Positions 14,471 through 21,316 of a stretch of DNA of 24,000 nucleotides are shown in pieces. Source of the stretch: an uncultured Clostridia bacterium (GTDB lineage Bacteria > Bacillota > Clostridia > Christensenellales > UBA1242); contig CAMENR010000001.1 in NCBI GenBank assembly GCA_945928645.1, positions 5,656 to 29,655 on the forward strand, given 5' to 3'. The notes below the pieces were generated by a model. That model searched no databases, was not told where the DNA came from, and worked only from the letters and a program-made list of their open reading frames with translations. A program made the position numbers and the translations under genes. Position 1 is the first letter of the stretch. Every line of letters begins with the position of its first letter.

Positions 14471-16243
14471 ATGACCAAAAAGGAAAGGTTTGTCCTATGG
14501 CTTAATAAGTTGGGCAGAGGATGTAACCGAATAACAATCATAGTGTTATACATAACCATTATGATAATACTTGGCGCCATTATCTATGGTGCCAACCAAC
14601 AGAAAACCACCTCCAATGTTACTGTAACCTATTCTAGGCCCTCTTATACGGTTACTTTTGATCCACAGGGGGGCGCGGTATCTCCCAGCTCAAAGACCGT
14701 CAAATTAGGTGATAATTACGGTGATTTGCCCATTCCTACAAAGCCTGGCTATCACTTTACAAATTGGAAGCATGTCGATTGCGTAAATCTTGTAAATGTT
14801 ACAGGTAGAAATATCAGTTACTCTGCAAGTAACGGGGAATCTGTATTTGCTTTTAGGATTCCTACTGTATGGAGTGGTGGGAAAACCTTTACATACTCTA
14901 TTAGTTTTGACTATAAATTTAATCAAATTCCGTCAAATCAGGTTTGTATTAAAACTGTTTTGAGCACAACTCAATACTGTAATGTTACCAAGGCTCTTAC
15001 TCCTGCATTAGTAGATTATCCAAATTTATCCATGGGACACGTTGCATTCAGTTTTACATTTGGAATATCTCCAACTCTGCTTTATACTTCTGATAATTGG
15101 TTGTACTTTTATTTAGTTTATTCTCCTACAGCACAAGATGTTAATGTGGATGTATCACATATTCAGTTGGAGGAAGGTTCAACTGCTACAACGTTTATTC
15201 CATATTATATATCCTCAACATCACCAAAATTGACGGTTGGTAATGATACTTTGACTGCTTTGTATGTAGAAAACTCTAGTTATCTATCGTCGAATTGGGC
15301 GAATAGAATTGGTAGGGCAAATCTGTATAATTACACCAAAGAATTGCTCTTTACCAGGGATCCCTCACAAATATCAGGATATTCCAATAGTATATCCGTA
15401 GGAACTAATAGTGTAACGGATACATCTGCCTATGTCCCATCTGATACCATAGATGACGTAATAGCTTATTATAATGACTATTCTAAGATAGTCTTTTACT
15501 CGCCGTGTACCATATATGCCCCGGAAAACTCTTCTTATCTTTTTGCTCCTTACTATGAAAAAAAACAATGGTTTTTAACGTATACATATTTGCCAGCTTT
15601 TACAAGTATTATTTTTGATAATTTCAGTACTAAATATGTAACTAATATGAATTATATGTTCAAAGGTGATTCTAGAAGCGTAGCAACTGTATATTCTAGA
15701 ATAACTAGTCTAGACCTCAGTATGTTTAATACATCTAAAGTTACAACAATGTATGGGATGTTTAAGGGGTGTGCTTATCTTACTAGTGTTGATTTAAGTT
15801 CTTTTGGAACAACCAATGTAACAGATATGTCGTATGTGTTCTACAATTGCTCCTCCCTAACCAGCCTAGATTTAAGCTATTTTAATACCAGCAAGGTAAC
15901 AGATATGTCATATATGTTCTACAAATGCTCCTCCCTAACCAGCCTAGATTTAGGAGACTTTTCTATGCAATCTATTGGGACTACAACAACAACATCAACT
16001 GATGACAATGGCAATGAAACCACAACAACAACTTTTAACACAGGTAGCATGTTGGGATCATGTTCCGCGCTCTCAAGCATAACACTTCCGTATAATTTGC
16101 CGTCAGGATGCACCATAGCATTGCCAGCCAGCACCTACTACAATGGCTCTGCTGGACCATATGGCACAGTTGGCACAGCAACCAGTGGCACAACAGTGGC
16201 TTGCTCGACATCAAGTAGCAAGGTTACATTGACCAAACAATGA
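14471..16243 (+). CDS. Membrane-anchored surface protein: Listeria-Bacteroides repeat (Flg_new) + unassigned central regions + DUF285/BspA-type leucine-rich repeats
   Basis: 590 aa. There is an N-terminal signal-anchor (ITIIVLYITIMIILGAIIYGA). YTVTFDPQGGAVSPSSKTVKLGDNYGDLPIPTKPGYHFTNWK is a typical Listeria-Bacteroides repeat. The C-terminal part holds 26-aa repeats such as FNTSKVTDMSYMFYKCSSLTSLDLS, typical of DUF285/BspA LRRs, followed by a Thr-rich tract. No LPXTG motif is present. SD AAAGGAGAGGG lies at 14456-14466. Confidence 0.85.
   Translation: MTKKERFVLWLNKLGRGCNRITIIVLYITIMIILGAIIYGANQQKTTSNVTVTYSRPSYTVTFDPQGGAVSPSSKTVKLGDNYGDLPIPTKPGYHFTNWKHVDCVNLVNVTGRNISYSASNGESVFAFRIPTVWSGGKTFTYSISFDYKFNQIPSNQVCIKTVLSTTQYCNVTKALTPALVDYPNLSMGHVAFSFTFGISPTLLYTSDNWLYFYLVYSPTAQDVNVDVSHIQLEEGSTATTFIPYYISSTSPKLTVGNDTLTALYVENSSYLSSNWANRIGRANLYNYTKELLFTRDPSQISGYSNSISVGTNSVTDTSAYVPSDTIDDVIAYYNDYSKIVFYSPCTIYAPENSSYLFAPYYEKKQWFLTYTYLPAFTSIIFDNFSTKYVTNMNYMFKGDSRSVATVYSRITSLDLSMFNTSKVTTMYGMFKGCAYLTSVDLSSFGTTNVTDMSYVFYNCSSLTSLDLSYFNTSKVTDMSYMFYKCSSLTSLDLGDFSMQSIGTTTTTSTDDNGNETTTTTFNTGSMLGSCSALSSITLPYNLPSGCTIALPASTYYNGSAGPYGTVGTATSGTTVACSTSSSKVTLTKQ
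15818..15952 (+). repeat. Near-identical 57-nt direct repeat inside the LRR region (78-nt period)
   Basis: 15818-15874 and 15896-15952 differ at 3 of 57 positions (GTAACAGATATGTCRTATRTGTTCTACAAWTGCTCCTCCCTAACCAGCCTAGATTTA). The spacing is one 26-aa LRR unit. Confidence 0.9.
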
Positions 16244-16345
16244 TAATATGTAGTAGATATGATATATTGATGTGTGTTGTGATAAAAGTAGATAGAGATA
16301 TTAGCAAAATAAAGATATTAGCATATGTTATAAATAAATACAAAA

Positions 16346-16372
16346 AACTCTCTCGTATGAGGGAGTTTTTTG
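16346..16372 (+). terminator. Rho-independent terminator after the surface-protein gene
   Basis: AACTCTCTC (16346-16354) pairs with GAGGGAGTT (16359-16367), giving 9 bp with one G-U pair and the loop GTAT. A T-run follows to 16371. Confidence 0.8.
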
Positions 16373-16472
16373 GTTGGGTAGATGCTTGATAATTTTTTGG
16401 CAAAAAAGTTTAGACTTATTTTGCAAAGTGTGCTAAAATCAGTATGAAAAACTTTTATAAGGGAAATATATT

Positions 16473-17075
16473 ATGATTGTAATAGACTTGGAGAAGAACA
16501 AACAAAGATTTTTAGAACTATTTAGGACAAATGTAAAAAGGGAAGGAATGGAAGATTTTTTGGAGTGGTTAGAAAAGTCCGACTTCTTTGTTGCTCCTGC
16601 CAGCACAAAGTTTCACTCTAATGTGCAAGGGGGATTGTGCTTTCATACTTTGAATGTTTTTGACCGCTTTATAAAAAATCTAGTGATGCAGTATGGCGAG
16701 AATTGGCAAAAAGAGTTCTCCTTGGAGTCGGCAACGATAGTTTCTCTTTTGCATGACATCTGCAAGGTGGATTGCTACAAAATGGAGATGAGGAATGTTA
16801 AGATAGATGGCGAATGGGTAAAACAACCTTATTTCTGCTGTGATGAGGCATTGCCTTATGGCCATGGAGAAAAATCTGTGTATATTGTGTCCAGTTTTTT
16901 CAAATTAACCAGAGAGGAGGCAATGGCAATCAACTGGCATATGGGAGGATTTGACCAAAGGGTAATGGGTGGCAGTTATGCACTAAGCAATGCCTACTAT
17001 CAATATCCTGTGGCGGTGTTGTTGCATGTGAGTGATGTGGAGGCAACATATCTTGACGAAATTTGTCAAAAATAG
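16473..17075 (+). CDS. HD-superfamily metal-dependent phosphohydrolase
   Basis: 200 aa with an H...HD...H...D pattern: ASTKFHSNVQGGLCFHTLNV, LLHDICK, YGHGEKS, NWHMGG and HVSDVEA. As I recall, the ASTxxH...GGLxxHxLxV N-terminal signature recurs in small HD hydrolases of Firmicutes and their phages. The substrate is unknown. Confidence 0.75.
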   Translation: MIVIDLEKNKQRFLELFRTNVKREGMEDFLEWLEKSDFFVAPASTKFHSNVQGGLCFHTLNVFDRFIKNLVMQYGENWQKEFSLESATIVSLLHDICKVDCYKMEMRNVKIDGEWVKQPYFCCDEALPYGHGEKSVYIVSSFFKLTREEAMAINWHMGGFDQRVMGGSYALSNAYYQYPVAVLLHVSDVEATYLDEICQK

Positions 17076-17140
17076 TTGCACAAGAGGAAAATTGCATTTG
17101 ACTGCAAAATATGTTCAATCAGTAAAAAAGTGAGATAATT

Positions 17141-19699
17141 ATGTTAAAAGACAAACTCGTTATCATAGACGGAAACAGCCTTATCAATAGAGCCTTTTAT
17201 GCTTTGCCCCTTTTGACCAACAGCAAGGGGGTGTTTTCTAATGGGGTATATGGCTTTACTAATATTTTGATAAAAGCAATTTTGGAGATAAAGCCGAAAT
17301 ATATTGTAGTGGCATTGGATTATGGCAAAAAGACCTTTCGAAATAGTATGTATGGCGCTTACAAAGCCAACAGAAAGCCTACACCAAAAGAGTTGGCAAG
17401 TCAGTTCCCAATATTAAGGCAACTGCTAAAAGCCATGGGTATCAGCGCTATGGAGATAGAGGGATTTGAAGGGGACGACATCATAGGCTCAATAAGCAAA
17501 ATGTTTGACACCGAAAATATCATTGTTACTGGGGACAGAGATGCCCTGCAACTTATATCTCCAAATACTCAAGTTTGGATAACCAAAAAGGGAATTACAG
17601 AAGTTAAGGAAATGGACGAGCAGTCGTATTATGAGGAGTATGGGTTGTATCCAAACCAAGTGGTTGACCTAAAAGCACTGATGGGGGATAGTTCGGACAA
17701 TATTCCAGGTGTTGCTGGTGTTGGCGAGGTAACAGCAACCAATCTACTAAAAGAGTTTGGCTCGCTGGACAATATTTATGCCAATCTGGACAAGGTAAAG
17801 GAAAAATATCGTGCAAAAATGGAAGCAGACAAAGAAAAGGCTTATCTCAGCCGAGAACTTGCAACTATAAAGACAGACCTTAGTCTAAAATTAAAACTAG
17901 AAGATTTGACATACAAATTTCCATTTTCACATGAAGTATATGAATTCTTTAAGGAATACGAATTTAATAGCCTTCTCAAAAAAAATGACTTATTTGAAGA
18001 CCTTCCTCAAGACAAAGATTTTGAAAAATATAATGCAAATAAGATAGAGATTACTTCTCCTTCAGATGTAATTCGCCAGATACCTCACATCAAACGTTCA
18101 AAAGAGTTTTGTTTTGAAATAACAGATGACAAATTCTCATTTGCCTACGACAAAAATTGTGAATTTTGGTGCAATATTTCCCACGATCTTTTGGGCGGAA
18201 CGAATATTGGAGAAGTTTTAGACACACTAAAGCCTATTTTTGAAGATGAGAAAATCAAAAAAATAACATATGACAAAAAACTAATGATGCACACTCTTGA
18301 CGAGTATAATATCACATTGAAAAGTTGTGATTTTGATGCACTACTCGCATATTATCTTTTGTGCGTAGGCGAAAGAGATTGCAACAAAAATAGTCTGTTT
18401 TCTAAATATTCTTTGGAAGAGTCTTATCAGGCAGTCAATTTGTTCTATTGCTATGAAAAGTTGTTAAATGACTTAACTTCACAAAATCTAAAAAAATTGT
18501 ATGATGAAGTAGAATTCCCACTAATAACAGTGCTTTATAATATGGAAAAAACAGGCTTTAAGATAGACAAGCAGATTTTGTCAGACCTTGAAAACAGATA
18601 TTCACACGAAGTGGAGGATATGGAGAAAACAATAAAGCAACTCGCAGGAGTAGATTTTAATGTAAATTCTCCAAAGCAGTTGAGTGAGGTTCTTTTTGAT
18701 AAGTTAGGTCTTATGACTGTTAACAACAAAAAGAAATCTACCAGCATAGAGCATTTGCAAGAAATTTATGAGTTGCATCCCATAGTGCCTGCGATTATTC
18801 GCTACAGAAAGATAAGCAAGTTGCTTACAACCTACCTAGAACCATACAAAGTTTTGACACAAAAAGATGAACTTGTGCATACTGTATTCAACCAAACCCT
18901 CACTGCTACCGGAAGATTGAGTTCCAGCGAACCTAATCTTCAGAATATACCTGTGAGAGAGGACGAAGGAAAATCTTTGAGGAAAATGTTTGTTTCTAGA
19001 TATCCAGACGGGTTGCTCGTTGGTGCAGACTATTCGCAGATAGAACTAAGAATATTGGCTCATTGCTCGGGAGATGAAACATTGATATCTGCCTTTAACA
19101 ATAATATAGATATCCATTCGCTTACTGCAAGTGAGGTGTTTGGAGTGCCTATCCAAGAGGTAACCTCACAGATGAGGAGAATGGCAAAGGCAGTTAATTT
19201 TGGGATAATATATGGAATATCCGAATTTGGCCTGTCCCAAAACATCAGCACTTCTGTAAAACAAGCCAAGACATATATCGAACAATATTTTGCTCGCTAT
19301 CCAAAGGTAAAAGCTTATATGGATAGAAATATCGAGATTGCCAAGCAAACGGGATATGCCTACTCTTTGCTTGGAAGACGCCGAAAGATAAATGAGTTGC
19401 AATCTCGCAACTATCTAAACAGAAATTTTGGCGAGAGAGTGGCAATGAATATGCCTCTGCAAGGGACGGCTAGTGACATCATCAAACTTGCAATGATAAA
19501 GGTAGACAGAACACTTGAACAAAGAGGAATGAAAAGTAAGCTTATCCTTCAGGTTCACGACGAATTGATTGTTGATGCTCCAAGAGAAGAAGCAGTGGAG
19601 GTGGCAAAGATTTTGAGAGATAGTATGGAAAATGTCTTAAAGTTAAGCGTTCCTCTTTTGGTAGATGTGTCCACCGGCAAAACGTGGTTTGAATGTTAA
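17141..19699 (+). CDS. polA: DNA polymerase I (5'-3' exonuclease + vestigial 3'-5' exonuclease + family A polymerase domains)
   Basis: 852 aa. The N-terminus is FEN-like (LVIIDGNSLINRAFYA...GDRDALQL...GDSSDNIPGVAGVGE). The polymerase motifs are A (LLVGADYSQIELRILAH), B (RRMAKAVNFGIIYG) and C (LQVHDELIVD). Confidence 0.97.
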   Translation: MLKDKLVIIDGNSLINRAFYALPLLTNSKGVFSNGVYGFTNILIKAILEIKPKYIVVALDYGKKTFRNSMYGAYKANRKPTPKELASQFPILRQLLKAMGISAMEIEGFEGDDIIGSISKMFDTENIIVTGDRDALQLISPNTQVWITKKGITEVKEMDEQSYYEEYGLYPNQVVDLKALMGDSSDNIPGVAGVGEVTATNLLKEFGSLDNIYANLDKVKEKYRAKMEADKEKAYLSRELATIKTDLSLKLKLEDLTYKFPFSHEVYEFFKEYEFNSLLKKNDLFEDLPQDKDFEKYNANKIEITSPSDVIRQIPHIKRSKEFCFEITDDKFSFAYDKNCEFWCNISHDLLGGTNIGEVLDTLKPIFEDEKIKKITYDKKLMMHTLDEYNITLKSCDFDALLAYYLLCVGERDCNKNSLFSKYSLEESYQAVNLFYCYEKLLNDLTSQNLKKLYDEVEFPLITVLYNMEKTGFKIDKQILSDLENRYSHEVEDMEKTIKQLAGVDFNVNSPKQLSEVLFDKLGLMTVNNKKKSTSIEHLQEIYELHPIVPAIIRYRKISKLLTTYLEPYKVLTQKDELVHTVFNQTLTATGRLSSSEPNLQNIPVREDEGKSLRKMFVSRYPDGLLVGADYSQIELRILAHCSGDETLISAFNNNIDIHSLTASEVFGVPIQEVTSQMRRMAKAVNFGIIYGISEFGLSQNISTSVKQAKTYIEQYFARYPKVKAYMDRNIEIAKQTGYAYSLLGRRRKINELQSRNYLNRNFGERVAMNMPLQGTASDIIKLAMIKVDRTLEQRGMKSKLILQVHDELIVDAPREEAVEVAKILRDSMENVLKLSVPLLVDVSTGKTWFEC

Positions 19700-19770
19700 T
19701 TTTAGTTGGCTTTGTAGCAAAATTCTATCTCAAATATTATATTTTAATAATTTAACCATACAATAAGAAT

Positions 19771-20307
19771 ATGAATAGCAAAAAGACTTTCATATTCTTT
19801 TTTGTGGCAATTATCATTTTTTCAGGGGTTGCGATTTTTTTTGCTGTGCGATATCCTTTGCTTTATAGGGAAGAAATAATAAATTATAGCAAAACATACA
19901 ATCTGGACACTGCTCTTGTTGCAAGCCTAATCAACGAGGAAAGTTCTTTTGATAAGAATGCTCTTTCTAGCAAAGGGGCAATGGGTTTGATGCAAATTAT
20001 GCCTCAAACAGCAACATATGTCCAACAACTTATAGGAGAAGACAGCGAGTGTGATTTGTATGAGCCAGAGGACAATATACGCATTGGATGTTATTACCTA
20101 AACTATCTATATCAAAAATTTAATGACCAAATCTTGACTCTTTGTGCGTATAATGCAGGAGAAAATACAGTAAGAATGTGGCTTGCCAATGAAAATTATT
20201 CACATGATGGCAAAACATTAAATTATATTCCATATCCACAGACAAAAGCTTATGTAGATAAAATATTGTATGGTATTAGGTTTTATAAGTATAGGCTTGG
20301 CGGTTAA
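19771..20307 (+). CDS. Membrane-anchored lytic transglycosylase (SLT domain)
   Basis: 178 aa with an N-terminal TM anchor. The SLT catalytic motif is LVASLINEESSFDKNALSSKGAMGLMQIMPQTA, followed by AYNAGENTV. No SD precedes the ATG, and an in-frame stop lies 15 nt upstream of it. Confidence 0.88.
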   Translation: MNSKKTFIFFFVAIIIFSGVAIFFAVRYPLLYREEIINYSKTYNLDTALVASLINEESSFDKNALSSKGAMGLMQIMPQTATYVQQLIGEDSECDLYEPEDNIRIGCYYLNYLYQKFNDQILTLCAYNAGENTVRMWLANENYSHDGKTLNYIPYPQTKAYVDKILYGIRFYKYRLGG

Positions 20308-20409
20308 TGCTTTGCACTTGGAAGTTGAAATACACAAACAGTTATATAATATCCCCAACAAATTGTATATTGTATGGATATTTTTTGACAACTCACAAAT
20401 AATAAAAGT

Positions 20410-20967
20410 ATGAAATGGCTGTTGATAATTACTATGATAATTATTTTTTTTCTATTTATTCCCATAAGGATAAAGGTAAAAATACATTATGATTTTATGC
20501 AAAGTCATGGTTTTATTTCAGGCTATTTTTTCAACATAAGATTATTTCTATTTGGGCTAAAATTTATGCCAAATAAGATACAACTGGAAGGCAAAAAGAA
20601 GAATTTTGTTTTCTCAATAATTGACTTTGGTGGCGGAAAATCCTTTGGAGAAGATTATTTTGGTTGCCTTATAAAGTTGCTAAATCTAACACACATTAGA
20701 CAATTATCTCGTATAGGTTTTGAGGATAACTGTATGCTCTCATGCCTAACTTGTGGGGCGCTTAATGCAGTTTTTGGCTCATTAACTTGTGTTGCTTTTG
20801 GTGATAGTGAAACACCTTTTGAGATAAATAATTTTCCCAACTTTTTGTATAAAAGTGCTTTGTTTGGGTTCTCGTCCAGTGTGGACATTACTATTATCAA
20901 AATGCTACTAGCATTGATACAAACTTTTTCAAAAAAAATTAGGAGTGTAGAAAATGGAAGCAAATAA
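20410..20967 (+). CDS. ytfI: YtfI-like sporulation membrane protein (DUF2953)
   Basis: 185 aa. The N-terminus MKWLLIITMIIIFFLFIPIRIKVKIHYDF matches the DUF2953 pattern (a hydrophobic helix, then P-I-R-I-x-v-x-i-x-Y). It overlaps the downstream gerW/ytfJ homologue, as in the B. subtilis ytfI-ytfJ pair. Confidence 0.7.
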   Translation: MKWLLIITMIIIFFLFIPIRIKVKIHYDFMQSHGFISGYFFNIRLFLFGLKFMPNKIQLEGKKKNFVFSIIDFGGGKSFGEDYFGCLIKLLNLTHIRQLSRIGFEDNCMLSCLTCGALNAVFGSLTCVAFGDSETPFEINNFPNFLYKSALFGFSSSVDITIIKMLLALIQTFSKKIRSVENGSK

Positions 20968-21304
20968 ACCTATTGAAAACGTTCTTGAGAATACCCTAAA
21001 AAATATGAAGTCTATGGTAGATATAGATTGCATTGTAGGCAAACCTATATCTCAAGACGGTTGTTGTATTATACCTATTTCAAAGGTTACTGTGGGCTTT
21101 ATCTCTGGAGGTGGAGAATACAATACACCAAAGAAAAAGGTTACCTATCCTTTTGCCGGTGGAAGTGGTGGCGGTTGCAACATAGTGCCAATAGGTTTTT
21201 TGGTTGTTACTGGCGATAAGGTGCAATTTATAAAGGTTGAAACAGACAGCAATGTTGATAAGATTGTTGATATCATAAAAGATGTTGTTTCAAAGGTAAA
21301 ATAA
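20954..21304 (+). CDS. gerW: Sporulation protein YtfJ / GerW family
   Basis: 116 aa: ...LKNMKSMVDIDCIVGKPISQDGCCIIPISKVTVGFISGGGEY...FAGGSGGGCNIVPIGFLVVTGDKVQFIKV. This is the characteristic YtfJ/GerW sequence. SD AGGAG lies at 20941-20945. Confidence 0.9.
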   Translation: MEANKPIENVLENTLKNMKSMVDIDCIVGKPISQDGCCIIPISKVTVGFISGGGEYNTPKKKVTYPFAGGSGGGCNIVPIGFLVVTGDKVQFIKVETDSNVDKIVDIIKDVVSKVK

Positions 21305-21316
21305 TAGGAGTTTTGT

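Noticed and set aside
15558-15565. An A8 homopolymer inside the surface-protein gene, considered as a slipped-strand phase-variation switch. The in-frame ACA repeats of the Thr-rich tract at about 15972-16035 were considered for the same role.
   Set aside because: A7-A8 tracts also occur in housekeeping genes of this window (for example in xseA and polA). The tract is mid-gene rather than near the 5' end. The ACA repeats are short and in frame, so they cannot switch the gene off.
14211-16279. A 9-bp inverted repeat flanking the surface-protein locus (CAACACACA at 14211-14219 and TGTGTGTTG at 16271-16279), considered as possible mobile-element ends.
   Set aside because: A single 9-mer inverted match between two ~250-nt regions is not far from the chance expectation. 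The match does not extend cleanly, there are no target-site duplications, and there is no transposase or integrase.
16296-16408. Short repeats in the surface-gene / HD-gene spacer: an 11-bp direct repeat AGATATTAGCA (16296-16306 and 16313-16323) and the palindrome TTTTTTGGCAAAAAA (16394-16408). A TTAGAC ... TAAAAT promoter-like pair (16409-16439) lies next to them.
   Set aside because: The repeats are short and low-complexity, and they lie either before the terminator or in AT-rich spacer. The promoter-like pair has a 19-nt spacer. None rises above what chance would give in this composition.
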